Below are positions 37,403 to 51,042 of a stretch of 64,000 nucleotides of DNA, in pieces. The notes under the pieces were generated by a model that ran no database searches, was not told the origin of the DNA, and saw only the letters and a program-made list of their open reading frames with translations. The DNA comes from Magallana gigas. Taxonomy: Eukaryota. Position 1 is the first letter of the stretch, and the number at the start of each line of letters is the position of its first letter. The stretch is taken from the NCBI RefSeq assembly GCF_963853765.1, contig NC_088859.1, forward strand, positions 12,648,001-12,712,000, in the 5' to 3' direction. The position numbers were made by a program, and so were the translations under genes.

Positions 37403-40400
37403 ATGTTTCTTTTATGATAAGAGCATATCCTACACTTATCTAAGCGGGAAGGCACTGCTGAATTTATATTCTTCCACAATTTGACCATAGCAACATATTG
37501 CTTTCAGTTCATTTAATCCAAGTCTTTGACTTCCTTAGTTTAGTTCTTATTGTTCGCCTTGGTCTTTCTCGGTGCAACCTTCTTATGTTTTATCCTTGTA
37601 TTTGTAATTACATGTATTGTCATTGTATGCATAAATTACAATGCCTTAACAAATGCCAGAGCATCTTAGTATTTTAGTACCTGACCTAAAGGACTGCCCT
37701 CTTTGGAGTTTTTTTAATGCTTATCTTTTATAGTAAATACTACATTTCTCGGTGCTTAATTGCCACCTTAAATTCATAAACCTCTAACAAGGAAGGTATT
37801 GGTGTATGAAATGAATTAATGTAGCGTGCGATTAAGTTGATGATATAAAAACTACTAACAATGGTTTCAATTGAACAATTTCCTTTGGTTATTGAAATTT
37901 TGTTTACTAGAATCAATATCGTAACAATTTTTTATTGCTTAGTAAGAAGTGTTTATTTTTCTTTTCTGGCAATTTGAAAGAGAAAATGATAACAAAGTTT
38001 AAAACTCTTTTTCTAGTGGTATTTGGTTTTTGTAAAAATAAAATAAAACACTCTGACTTGTCTTTTCCACATTCTATGGAAAGCATGGACAATCGGTGTA
38101 AAAATGATACGAAGAATCTGACTTGCCAAAAGTTATTGATATCATGATGATTCTATGTCAAAGGTTGTGTTAATTTTGTTGAAATCGAGTTGTGTAATTT
38201 GTAAAATATGTTTGAATCATGATCGATTAAACTGATATTTGTAATTGATTAAAGATTTCTTCAATGTTTTATTTTTTATACATATGTACATGTTTCAATT
38301 TCCTTTAATAAGTCCGGTTTTATGTATCTGATTCTTTGTTTGTTTATCTGTTTGAAATTGTGATGTTTAATGCGAATGTATAATTGCTTTGTTATGAAAT
38401 AAAGTTCCAATAACAGAAAAATGAGATATACGAAAGACACATGGTGACTCATGATTTACCAAATATTAAATTTTTTCACGATTTCCACACATTTTATATC
38501 TATACTTTTAAATTACGGCATTTGCAAATAAACTACAAAATGCCTGCACCAGAAAACTTGCTTACACCGTTGGTATTTCACATCTGTGATGGTGTCCGTA
38601 AAGCATAATTGAATTTTAACTGATAAGTTATTATTGTGCAATTAATTAAAAACCCACATGTGCTTTCATTTTCGATAAACAAGCCCGAAATAGCTAAAAT
38701 GAGAGTAAGTCGGTGGACACGCTTTGGCGGATTTAAGTCAGGGATAGTTTGCATCAAAATATATATACTTGCAATGAAATAAGATTGAATGATTACTTAA
38801 AGAGTGAATATATTTACTGTAAGCCTATTTAGACAATACATACAAGATTTGACAAAGTTAAGATTTGACAAATGTTGAGTACATAAAATGAGTCAATTCG
38901 TTTCTTTAATTGCCGATTTTAGTTTTGATACACATTCGCTTGAGAACTTTCCAGAATGGGGTAACCCAAAACACGGATTGACTAATTAACGAAAAGTTAA
39001 TAATGCATCGAGGGCAGATATCTTAGATCAGACGTCTATTAATACATGCGATTTTATAATAAGTATGAATTGAAAGAACTTACGAGAACGGGGTGCTCAG
39101 AAACGGGTTGACTAATTGACATCATGGCGGAAAGTGTAGGGCGAGTTAACCATCGGCCAGATACTTTGAATCTGACAACTCTGGTTAAAAATATGCATTC
39201 AAATGAATAATAATGCATAACCTAGCGTGTTTTAATTTCATACTTTTTTATACCACGTCAGATTGGTTGTAAACCTTGGACATTATTGAACAGATAATTA
39301 GTCAGCCCGCGGGCTGACTTATTCAGTTAGGATGAAACTGCAAAAGCGCTTGCATAAATTGGAATTCTGGGAAGGAATTAAACAGTTTGTGTTTGAGAAA
39401 TTCGAATAAATTATGAAACTGATCAGTTTCTATGTCAAACTGCGCATCACCAGTCACGCTTTTGTAATAGAAGACTTTCCACGGGTATCGTCTGCAGCCA
39501 CGGTTTGAAGTCCGCATACGTTTATTTTGGAGTGGATATGACAATGGTTTTGGACGAGGGGCCCATATTTTGCAGAGAGCAGTCTTTGCAAAGTTACAAT
39601 TTAAAAATACAACATGCACAGTTGCTGTAGATTACTTTAAAAAGGATCTACCGCTACACGGTTGCTCCTCAAACAGTTATAAAATAAGTATGCAGATTAA
39701 TTGTACTCCCGCCCGTTATGATTGTTATGGAAAAAATTATGTAATTCAACAGATAGTGTATTCACTTTTGACCTGAAAATTATTATTCCACTGGGTGACT
39801 TTCTTAGCTTTTTTTTTGGCGCGGCGATAAGTGGACAAGTCCGTTGGAAACATGCGAATACCACAGAGCACTCCGTGTGTTTACATCACAGGCACGTAGC
39901 ATCGGTGGTTGGGATGAGGGGGGGCTGCTTCCCCCTCCCGACGTTTTTTACAACGGGCACTTTTTTTAACTTTATATAATAAATGGAAATATCATGGATT
40001 TGCCCCCCCCCCCTTCCACTTTTGTTGGAACATGTAATAAATGAAACTGCAAATGAGGAATTCTAATTGAATTGAAGTTACAGTTAGGGTTTTTTCTCTC
40101 ATGAATTTGTGAATCCACCCTTTTTTAATTGCTTGTCAAGATGAGTTTGATGAAGCTGCCCCACACAAATTTAAAAACAATACGTATTTGTATACCCTTT
40201 CATATGGTTGGAAATGTTTAAAAGTGCCTTTCAGTTGATTTTGCACCTTAATATAACAAATACAATTAAAAATGACTATTTAATCTCCAGATTTCAAGCT
40301 TACATTCACTTATTCCTAAAAAAGTTGAATTAAGAAAATAATCGAATTTCAAGTGTTATAATGTACATGTTCTAGATCGAAGAAAAGGCCGACAATTCGT

Positions 40401-40570
40401 CTTATTTGCACGTTCCGTTTATAAATTCATGATCAGCAGCGAAAATTAAAATTCATTTCCGATAAGATAGCTTAATTGACACATGCATGCTTCCATTGAA
40501 AATATTTTTAGTCAGGCAAGCATTTTGAAAAGCTATTACATGTATGACAATAATGTGTAAAGTGTTAATT

Positions 40571-40597
40571 TCCGCGCTTGCGCGGGGTATCATCTAG
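40571..40597 (+). mobile_element. Helitron-type 3' terminus (5' boundary not located)
   Basis: GC-rich hairpin ccgcgcttgcgcgg, then 9 nt, then CTAG followed by T. Confidence 0.6.
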
Positions 40598-40630
40598 TAT
40601 TAAATGAAAAGATTAACTTTTGAAAAATTA

Positions 40631-41533
40631 CTTACTTATTTACTTTCTTAGGTCTGTCGTTCCGTGAGGAACATAGGCCATCAACAACAGTCCTCCAACA
40701 AACACGGTTCTGGGTTGCTCTGGTGGCACTGTTCCAGTTCATATCTAGTGCCTGTAGCTATGCCTCTGCATCCCAACTCCAGGGGTTTCTTGGACGTCCC
40801 CCTTTCCTCTTGTCCTGTGGATTCCAGGTAAGGGCTTGGCGTGTAATGCTGGATAGTGGTTTCCTCAAATCCTATCCAGCCTCACTTCCGACGTCTTATT
40901 TGCATTCCTATTGCTTCTTGTCCTCCTTTCCGCCATAGGTCTGCATTTGAGATCTCTTTAGGGTATCTGATGTTGAAGATGCGCCTGAGACAGGTGTTGT
41001 AGAAGGTCTGGATCCTCTGCAGGGATGTTTATGTTGTCCTCCATGTCTCCGCTCCATATAGTAGGATGGACTAAACGCTGGAGTTAAGGATCCGCAGTTT
41101 GGTGATAATGCGGACGTTCTTAGAGGACCATATGTTTTTAAGCATGGAAAATGCAGTCCTTGCCTTGCCAATTCTTGACTTAATGTCAGAGTCTGTGCCA
41201 CCCAGTCTGTCCACCACACTCCCAAGGTAGATGAGGGCTCGACTTCTTTGATGGACTTATCACCAACTGTAACTGGTATCTGGGCAGTGGTGTTTATCTT
41301 CAGTAACTCTGTTTTCTTCAGGTTGATCTTTAGTCCAATTCCTGCTGATGTAGTTGCCAGGCGAGTTGTCTTGTCCTGCATCTGATTGTGGTTGTGTGAG
41401 AGCAGAGCCAGGTCATCAGCAAAGTCTTGGTCGTCAAAGAGAAGTCCACTGTATTCCATTCCTCCTGTCTGATGTGGCAGTCTTAATTATCCAATCGATA
41501 ACAAAGAGGAAGAGAAATGGCAACAGAAAACAC
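40631..41533 (-). mobile_element. 5'-truncated RTE-clade LINE remnant (RT C-terminal part and 3' end)
   Basis: Minus frames give LFLFVIDWIIK, DFADDLALLSH, GLKINLKKT, YLGS and LLYGAETW motifs with frameshifts; (TAAG)n-like tail; possible TSD tgaaaaa(a/t)ta at 40621 and 41534. Confidence 0.9.
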
Positions 41534-41821
41534 TGAAAAAATACAATGTTTAATAAATTAAATAAATGAAATTAAAAAGAGAAAATTAGAATGGAGCGTT
41601 GGGCCAACACATGAATATTGACTTTCCATTCTGATTCCTAGCCACGCAAGCGCATGGGAATAAAAATACTGTAGCATGGCATTTATCATTAGCCAGCGGC
41701 CTCTCAGTGAAATCTGATGTCGATCTTCAAAAACTTTATATTTATTAAGATGCACTCTCTGTGCCATTGGGTGCATTATTTTTACTACAAGCATTAAATA
41801 ATTTCAAAATCCCAATGTTAC

Positions 41822-42967
41822 TTTTTAGGTCACCTGAGTAAACTCAGGTGACCTATTGCTATCCGTTTTCGTCTGTCCTCCTGCGTTAATTCAATTTCTT
41901 CTTAAAAACTACAAGGCTGATTATTACCATTTTTGATGTGAGGCATCTCTATGGTAAGAGAAATCTAAATTGTGAAATGTCAGGGGTTCAGGCTCTAGGG
42001 TTGGGCCAATGTGGCCATATAGTAAAATTGTATTAAATCTTAGACAATCTTCTTCTCTACTCCCATATATATTTGTTAAAAACTAAATGCATGATTATGA
42101 TGTCCATGAGGCCCTCCACCTAAATTGTGAAATTCATGACCCCTGTGTCAGGGGTTCAGGCTCTAGGGTGGGGCCAATACGGCCATATAGTAAAATTGTA
42201 TTAAATCTTAGAAACTCTTCTTCTTTATTCCCATATATATTTGTGATAAACTAAATGCCTGGTTATGATGTCCGTAAAATGCTTCTACCAAAATTGTCAA
42301 ATTCATGACCCCTGGGTCAGGGGTTCAGGCTATAGTAAAAATGTTTTAAACCTTAAAAAATCTTTTTCTCTACTCCCACATATGTGGGCAAAAACTTAAT
42401 AAATGGTTATGATGTCCACTACCTTCTCTACCTAAATTGTTAAATTCATCGCCCCTGGGTCAGGGGTTCAGGACATGAGGGGGGGGGGGCAATATGGCAA
42501 TATAGTGTTAATGCATATAATGTTTAAGAATCTTATCCTCTATTCTCACACATCTGTATAAAAAACTGACTTATAATTATGTTTACCAGGAAGTACTCTA
42601 CTAAAATTTTAATTTTCATGTCCCCTGGAGTATGGGTTTTGACTCTAGGGCAGGGCCAAAATGGATGTATAGGTGTCAATGCATATAATGTTAAAAGATT
42701 ATCTTATTTACTCTTACGCACCTGAAAGGAAAACTGAATTCATGATTTTGTAGACCGGATCTTTAAGTTTTTCGCCAAAATGATAGGTTTCACAGTTCTT
42801 TTTCAAAGATTTCAGGCAGGGAGGTGGTCGTCATTACAAATTTATATAATTCTTCTACTCCAGAATGAAACCTAATTAATTAAATGCATATATGAGACTC
42901 CTCGACAAGTTTGTGTATGGGTTATATGCTACTCAGGTGACCGTTAAGGCAAATTGGCCTCTTGTTT
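41822..42967 (+). mobile_element. HINE/Helentron-like element carrying about 5 tandem ~168-bp satellite units
   Basis: 5' tttttaggtcacctgagt..actcaggtgacc; units start at about 41981, 42149, 42318, 42461 and 42629; 3' actcaggtgaccgttaaggcaaattggcctcttgttt. Confidence 0.85.
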
Positions 42968-45399
42968 AGTAAGCAATCGCGTGACATTAAAATCAATTTT
43001 TCAATCAACTTGGTTTGTTTACATGTGTAATTTCCAAATGATTTTATTAACTGATAGTTAATGGCTTATAATGCGTTAAACCTTCCAAATGATGAAATTT
43101 TGTATATTTCTTCTTTTAACGTTGTCATCATCAAAAAGTAATACGTCACTTTAAACTTAACAAAAAGTATGAATAATATTTGATTAAGTATAAATCATAT
43201 ATCTAATGCACAAACTTTTCGGTTGCATGTTTAATTGGCTAATCAAATTAATAAGGAATACTAGTAACGTCTGCCAAATAGAGTAACAACACAGCGCAAT
43301 AAGTTTAAGCATCTGCTGCCACTTTTCAAGTAATGAATTCAAAACCCAAACCCGCCTAGCCGTCTACGAGGGTCAATTAAAAAATACAAAGACAATGTGG
43401 CTGTCTATCATATATTTTTCATAATAGTCATAACTAACAAATTAATTTATGCACTAACACTTATTTTATTGATAAAGTATTACAAAGTTTCATTCCATTT
43501 GATGAACAGGTTTTTTTGTTACTCGATTTAAAAAAAACAACATGTTTTGTCATCACAGCGAACGGTAAGGTGTAAACATGACGTCAAGATGACGCTCGCA
43601 CAGTTAATAAATAGAAATACCCAATCTTTATATCGCCCTGAGTCGTTTATGCTTTTCACCAACCATTTGAAATCGGCGCTTTATCACATGAAATCTAATT
43701 TGTTCACATTTGATCGAGAATCATTAGTTAGTTCCTCGATTTTTTTTTTACCGCATGTCTCTTCGTTCCTTATAAGAAAAACCCCTGAACGTCAGATGTT
43801 GTTTAGTCTTTTGGCAAAATATTTACAGTAATCTATAGCCTACTTTTTTGTTCTTTTGATTTTCAAAATACAAATACCTCCACCCCAAAAAATATAATAC
43901 AGGTAAGGGGATGTGCGGCCATCTTGTACATTTGAGGATAAGAATGTAAACATTTCTTGAGTTGGCTTGTATCTGCCCGAAACTGACCAAAACTGTTGCC
44001 AAATGAAATAAAAGCAATAAATATGAGATTCTACATGTATGTTGTTTTGAATGCAAACTATGCATAAAAGAACAGGACAGTGCCTTTTTAATCCCTTAAA
44101 ACAGCTGTCGAACTGCGCAGCTACATGCTTATTTTAAAGGTTTATAAATTTGAAAAAAAAATATGAAGGGTGTTCATTGGTGTCATCTCTACAACCATTT
44201 GTTGAGATAAAGTTTGAATTTTGCTCATATAAGTTGTAACTTTGTCTCAAAGTAAGGTTCCTTTTTCTTAAAATGGGCACACGATATATTTGTCTATGTC
44301 TATGAAAGTACATTGCAGGTATATTTTCAATGAACTATGACGTTTACTTTTTATTAATTTAAGACAATTGCTTTTTATTCCATATCCTTTCCGTTGCGCC
44401 GTGACATTAGGCGACGTCAATGTTTTTAGCCAATTTTAAAGAGGACAATCTATCTTTAGTTACAGATATTGTTCAACAAAACTATATATCCCGTCGTTAT
44501 TTGGTACATAGAAAAAACACATTTTGACCGTGCGCCGTGACCATTTTTGCAGATCTCAGCTGTGTCTTAAAATTAATGAATGCACATTTTTAGTAGGTTA
44601 CTTCATGATAAATAATGAGAAATTGTGGCCCAGGTTAGAAATTGAATTTAAAAAAATTCTCTAATGAAGTTTTTTTTTCTTCTTGAAAAATGAGAGAACG
44701 TTTTAATCAGAGGTCAGTCATTAAATGGCCTTTGCCCTTTTTCTTTTGAACTGACATATAAACGTCATGAGAACCAGATGAAGTTCATTGTATTGCAACT
44801 CTATAATTTCCCGAATAAAGAAAATTGCTGTTATTCTTATGTTGAATATCATTTAAGTTGAATTACATGCGTTTTTGAAATAATTCTGGTTCTTAATGAT
44901 AATACAAAAGGCCGCTTTATCGCCTATGTATTCCGATGGCTGACATAAATTACTAGATAATGCGGTACCCTCAAGAAAATAATGAAATTCATTAAAAAAC
45001 GGCAGTTTTAATACAAAATTTCAATTGGACACTCCTGGTTATTCTATGTAACTGTCTGTCACAATACAGAAATACAAATTCAAGGAGAGCACCGGTAAAA
45101 TTTTGGTTTACAAAGGTAACGTAATTAAAAATAGTTACATTAAATATATGCATTATTTAGAGCTTAATGATACGTTAAAAGATGTGAATATAGACCGTAT
45201 GGTTGAGAAAAGAACAACAATAGTATGATGCCGACCAAATTTACAATGCACGATTTTCTCTCTCTACAACTAAAAATCGAAGGAAAGGGGTTATTTTGAA
45301 ATAAAATATGGGTTTGCATTCGGAATTAAATTCCATCGGGTTTGCGTTATCGTAGGGATATGTTAATATGACGTCTTGTGTCTATCGCCTGTTTTTTAA

Positions 45400-45887
45400 A
45401 GGGACTTGGAAACGATTTTAGTTCAAAGTTTTAAAAATTAATTTTTTCATTTTTAATATATTGAATGATCAATATGGATGATTTTAATGCTTTGTCTCAA
45501 AATTTGAAAGTCAAAAATCGAGTTGCAAGCAAGCTAAAGATGTTAGAATTCTTTGTTTTTGTTTACATACGTGTTGTATTGGTATAAGTTTCAATCTGTT
45601 GCTCTTTGTTGTTAATTAAATTATTTATGAATACATTGAATCCGATCATCTTGTTTTCACAAGTTATTTATCGAAGAAATGATAATTTTGTTACTTTACA
45701 TTATTTGTTAACACATAAAAGACCGAGCTTTGTTTACATAACATTGACTTCTTTCCTCTGTATCTCGCTTGAAACTTGATTTTCAACATTGAAATTTTGG
45801 TGAATCATTCAAATTATATACGAAAGTTATTCATTTATACAAAAAAAAACCCCAAAAAACCAGAAATAAAATCATATCTAGGTCCCT
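45400..45887. mobile_element. ~490-bp MITE related to 30987-31478 (Kolobok-like)
   Basis: TTAA|agggacttggaaacgatttta ... taaaatcatatctaggtccct; interior similar to the 30987 element; right TSD degenerate. Confidence 0.6.
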
Positions 45888-47710
45888 TGATGCGGCTATC
45901 AAGTTCAGTTTATTCGCTCAAACCAAATAATTTGGTACAAGAGGAACATATATATAATACCTACAAATACAAATCGTCAGAGGTACAGACAAACAGGTAC
46001 ATTTTCATACAGGGAAAAAATATAAATAAAAAAGAACAGACTATAGAATCATTACTTATGTCAGATTTTAGTATAAAGGATCATAATAGGAAAACAACTA
46101 AGAGGAGCAGACAGCATCAAAATTTTTTGAAATAAATACACATAATTTTCTTAGCGATTTACAATTGCAATTAGTCATGAGTTCAGAAAACTTAAAAAAA
46201 AATTGGTCTTTTCCGATATTTTGTGTTTATGTATTTTTTCCTTATTTCTTCTAGTGCCGAACATTCTAAAATATAATGAAATTCATCACCAATGAGACCT
46301 TTATTACACAAAAGACAACCTCTCATTCAAAGGAATGTTATATACGTCCCTGATAACATCTATCAACTTATTCATATACAAGTAACGAATGATAAAAATA
46401 TCAAACATGCGTCAAACGGATTATGTATCAACAATTAACTTCGAAGAATTAATTACATAGTCAAGAATTAACATTTCTCAATTTACTTTTCCTTTCCATT
46501 TATAAAATACAAATACATGCATGAGAGATATAATCTACATATATAGAATATTGATCCGTGAAGCTGTCAACACTAACTACCATCAGAAATCTAATTTTAA
46601 AGAACCCACATAATGAAATATCGTCAATAGTACAGCGCTTCATTCTCAATTCAATCTTTCTCAATGTGTTTAACTTGAACGGAGATTCTTTGTGTGCACG
46701 TCGTCATGGTGGGCGTCATGCAGTGTAAGTGTAAGTTACTAAAAAAAGACCGATCGACCTATATACGAGCGTTGAACAGAAATAACAAATGTAAGTTTAG
46801 TGAAGTCTTTTGTGTAATGGTAGATGAATACATGTACATTGTTTACTAAAATATTTTATATTTTACTCACAGAACCCACTGTATTAACTCAAACTGGCAA
46901 TTTGCGTCGCGTATTGTAATTGTTACCGCAATTTCTATTATAAAAAAGAAAGTGAAAGTAGTCATAGTTTTTAAATAATTTTATAGAAATTAAGGTTATC
47001 CAGTATATAGAGTAATATCTCAAACACTACCCTGAGAATAATTGTTTGACTATTCATTATGATGTGTTTAATATTTACTTTCAAACATTAAAAAAAGACT
47101 CGAAACAATATACAATGTATACACTGGATGTTTAAAAAGAAAGTAAGATCGAGGTCAAGAGCTACTTTAGTAATTGACAACTAGTAATGTGCTACTATAG
47201 AAGTAAGAAAAGCTGGCTACTAGTAACTGGCTACGAGATGAAAGAAGGACTGATTACTTTTCTAGAGTAATTAGTTACTAAAAACTGGCAACGAGATGAA
47301 AGAAAAGTTAGATTTTAGTAACATTAGTTACTAATAATTACTTTCTTAATTGAATTACAATCATGCATTTTAATCAGCTTCTTCATCTTATGTTAGAAAT
47401 TAATGCTACATATAAACAAAATGTTGAATAATACACATAAAAACTACTATTCTCGATCAACATACATGGTTAATATATAAACGTTTACTTGTCTTCTAAA
47501 TAACATAGCTTTTAACTACCGGTATTTGTGATACATCTATTGCAATTACAACAGCTATGATTACTTTCGATACAAATAAATGTTTCATTTTTATGCATAT
47601 TTTTATGCAGTGATTTCAGGAAACTCATATATATTATGTGTTATTACCTAATCGAAGGGATTTTTTTGTTATATTACAAATTAAATATTTGCGTCTATTT
47701 TGAACTGACG

Positions 47711-47800
47711 GTCAATAGACTGCGATCTATTAGACCGCCGGTCAATAGACTTCAATCTATTGGACCGCCTGTCAATAGACTGCGATCTATTGGACCGGCA
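47711..47800. repeat. 30-bp tandem triplet, each unit self-complementary
   Basis: gtcaatagac-tgcg/ttca-atctatt(g/a)gacc at 47711, 47741 and 47771. Confidence 0.9.
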
Positions 47801-48180
47801 ACGTATTTCAGAACGCGGGTATGTTAATGTTACATCCTTTCGATATATAGTTCTCAGGGAATGTATATTTCTTTACATAAACGCTGTTTATAGTACTTGG
47901 TGAAACCAAATTTTATAATGTTATCAAAATGGAGTATCAAATAAGCAACAGTTTTAAAGCCTCATATAAGGTAAAAGACTATTTAAAATCTAATGGGTTG
48001 AAGACTCCCCCTTCTTTTTGTAAACTATTATTAAATTGAGATGTTGTATTAATTGTGCATGCAACAGGTTTTGTGCATGTAAAAGATGGAAAAAAATTAT
48101 CTTAGTATATTGGCATGAAAACCATCAACATTATGCAAATTGTAAACCCCGAAAACTAAAAAAGGAATTAGGTAATAAAA

Positions 48181-48287
48181 CAATTATTTAATGCTTGAAT
48201 AGTCAATAGACCAGAATTTTTTCCCTTGTTCCCTGCACCTCGGGAAAAATATTCTGGTCTATTGACTGCTCAAGCATTAAATAATTG
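48181..48287. repeat. 107-bp hairpin with ~45-nt arms
   Basis: caattatttaatgcttgaatagtcaatagaccagaattttttccc ... gggaaaaatattctggtctattgactgctcaagcattaaataattg. Confidence 0.85.
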
Positions 48288-49764
48288 TATATTAATAATA
48301 CAAACATTCTATGAAGTGGTCCCTATGTTATTACACTTAATCACTATGATTCACATGCACAACACATAATAAGCTACATTTTGTTCTACAAAAGCTCCAT
48401 GTGAGTGTTAATATACACTGTATAACACAAATTCACCTCCACAGTCGTTGAAATTCTGAATATATTATACGAAATAAGATATCACTTTTAAGATATAACG
48501 TTTGTTATAATTATGATCAGATTGATTGAAGTGAAAAACAGAAAATTGAATTTGGGACATGTTTAGACTTTAAGAAAAGGCTTTATCATTAATTGAAATG
48601 AATTATACACATACATACTCATGTAAGTTGTAAGTGGCGAATGGAGATACTCATTACTATTTGTTTTACACAGATTATGGACAAAAATCCGAGCAGATGA
48701 GCTGGTAAAAAAATCAAAATAGGGACTGTAACGAACCATGTTATTATTACAGAATAATAATTTATCTTATTATGAAAACTTAATTTACATCAGATGTCTG
48801 GATTTTATGGTGTTTGGCATTTGGGGTTTCTATAAAACGCAAAAACGGATCTTGTAAAAAGGCTACAGAAATACCCCATTTTTGGAAATTTCGTGTCATG
48901 AAAAAAAAATCTGGATAAACGGCAAGAGATATTGCACAAGACATTTTGGATATTTTAAGCAATTAAAGAAACAGGTATAACATTCAATATGTGATTTCGC
49001 CTTCAATACAGCTCTTTTAAAAACATCAGATATTTTCAATACATAAAATATTTAGTTATGATATACTTAGAGAAACGCAAATTACACAATTACCATGACA
49101 TCATTAAAGTCTTAAGGTCTTGTTTGGGATATATAGGAAAATAGTTAGTACTAGTATGCAATAAAAAATATTTGACTATTGGAAACAAACCAAGAAAATC
49201 GGACTAAAATTATGGTCTTTCGTTATCGAAGTACACGTTGAAATAATTCGGTTGAACGTGTGGTCTTTTTATTGAAAATTTGACAAATACATGTATTTCA
49301 ATTAGTGACTTTTCTATATAGCCACAATATATAGTCATATATATAGCCACATATATTTAAAATACATCAATGAAAGTGTTATGTGCATCGACTAGTGGTA
49401 ACGCGTATGGTTTTTTTTTATTTTGTGGTTGCTAGATCACTTAAAGCATGGTTATTATACACTGTCAGTGTTTAAATTACTTGTATTGAATCTGCTTTGT
49501 TTTTTTCCCTTCAAATTCTCTTGTTTAATTCCGAGAACAAGAACATCTGATATAAACAGATCTCTTCACTAACACTATACTGAGTACTATATAAACAATA
49601 ATACCGTTATTGTATATTGCTGGAAGTTATCACAGTTGAGAATATCAACTGATACACAGAGTTCTTTATATTGAGTTCTCGATTCTGGGTTTTTGAATTT
49701 TTGACAAATCGGTGGTTTAAGACGCCATTATAAATCCAGTACCTAAGTTTCGAAAACCATGTTG

Positions 49765-49961
49765 NNNNNNNNNNNNNNNNNNNNNNNNNNNNNNNNNNNN
49801 NNNNNNNNNNNNNNNNNNNNNNNNNNNNNNNNNNNNNNNNNNNNNNNNNNNNNNNNNNNNNNNNNNNNNNNNNNNNNNNNNNNNNNNNNNNNNNNNNNNN
49901 NNNNNNNNNNNNNNNNNNNNNNNNNNNNNNNNNNNNNNNNNNNNNNNNNNNNNNNNNNNNN
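49765..49961. other. Assembly gap (197 N)
   Basis: Run of N. Confidence 1.
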
Positions 49962-50087
49962 TTATGAGGTGATAATTTTGGTCGGGGCGTGATCAAATCC
50001 AATAAAGCCCGAAGGGCTTTATGATAGATTTGATCACGCTCCGACCGAAATTATCACCTCATAATATTTAAAGAATGATTCCTTATT
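49962..50087. mobile_element. Long-hairpin element (gcccgaagggc family) lying between the two gaps
   Basis: ttatgaggtgataattttggtcggggcgtgatcaaatc...gcccgaagggc...gatttgatcacgctccgaccgaaattatcacctcataa. Confidence 0.85.
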
Positions 50088-50213
50088 ACTTATATTTATA
50101 TAATTTTAAACCATCGTATGATTATATATAAAATATAAATAAGCAAGCCCCGCTGGCGCCTCAATTTGCCTTTATGAGTTATATAGTACAAAATCGATAC
50201 GTAGTGTTATCAC

Positions 50214-50394
50214 NNNNNNNNNNNNNNNNNNNNNNNNNNNNNNNNNNNNNNNNNNNNNNNNNNNNNNNNNNNNNNNNNNNNNNNNNNNNNNNNNNNNNNN
50301 NNNNNNNNNNNNNNNNNNNNNNNNNNNNNNNNNNNNNNNNNNNNNNNNNNNNNNNNNNNNNNNNNNNNNNNNNNNNNNNNNNNNNNNNNNNNNN
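50214..50394. other. Assembly gap (181 N)
   Basis: Run of N. Confidence 1.
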
Positions 50395-51042
50395 ACCGTA
50401 ATTTAGATAAGTTTCTGCTTTTTATGGTTTATATAGTTCTTTGTGCTAAATTTTATCAATGGTATTATATTCTATAACTATATCATTAAGGCGTAATTCA
50501 GTAGTTCAACTTTATAGCGTAAGAGTTGATTTTGCCTCATTGACTTTTATCATTTGAACCCACCAGTAGAAAAATACCGAGCTACAGTAAAACCGTTGAA
50601 TTTGAACTGACGCATGTCAAAATTTGAAAATACTGCAAATTTTATCTTTTTATTAATAGATCTGTTTATGGTATTGTTACGTTTTATAAAAATCATTGTC
50701 AATTTTCTATCTGTATAACGATTTCTTTTACGAATCTAGGCTTAAAATACTTGATGATTTGCAATCAAAAGCGTCTTGAAATGAAATAGAACAACCACGC
50801 TCGTCTACCCTTTATTGAGCGGCTTCCTTTGCATCCGATGTTTGTATGGTGACGGCATTCTAACTTTCTGTACAGTGCACATCTGACGATTAATGGTATT
50901 GTTTTATTCTCGCAACCATTGTGTTTATCTATTGAGTTTTTGAATTATCAGATATTGAATACTCAGTGAAATATATGGCATATTCTTACAAATACCTTGG
51001 ACTCACTTAATATTAGTCTTTTTGATTTATCATTCACAGACA

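Noticed and set aside
39323-39619. 98-aa minus-strand ORF as a gene
   Set aside because: No recognisable motif, no ATG start and no supporting splice structure
43365-43520. Mariner-like terminus TACGAGGGTCAA
   Set aside because: No matching opposite TIR or transposase found in the window, so no element could be delimited
47711-47800. CRISPR-like palindromic repeats
   Set aside because: Units are directly adjacent with no unique spacers, there are no cas genes, and the context is a spliced eukaryotic genome
49607-50401. ORF-track entries containing X runs
   Set aside because: Artefacts of translating through N gaps
51022-51042. ORF-track start at 51022
   Set aside because: Begins at TTG within the pyrimidine tract upstream of a CAG acceptor; ATG 51043 or 51049 fits the paralogues
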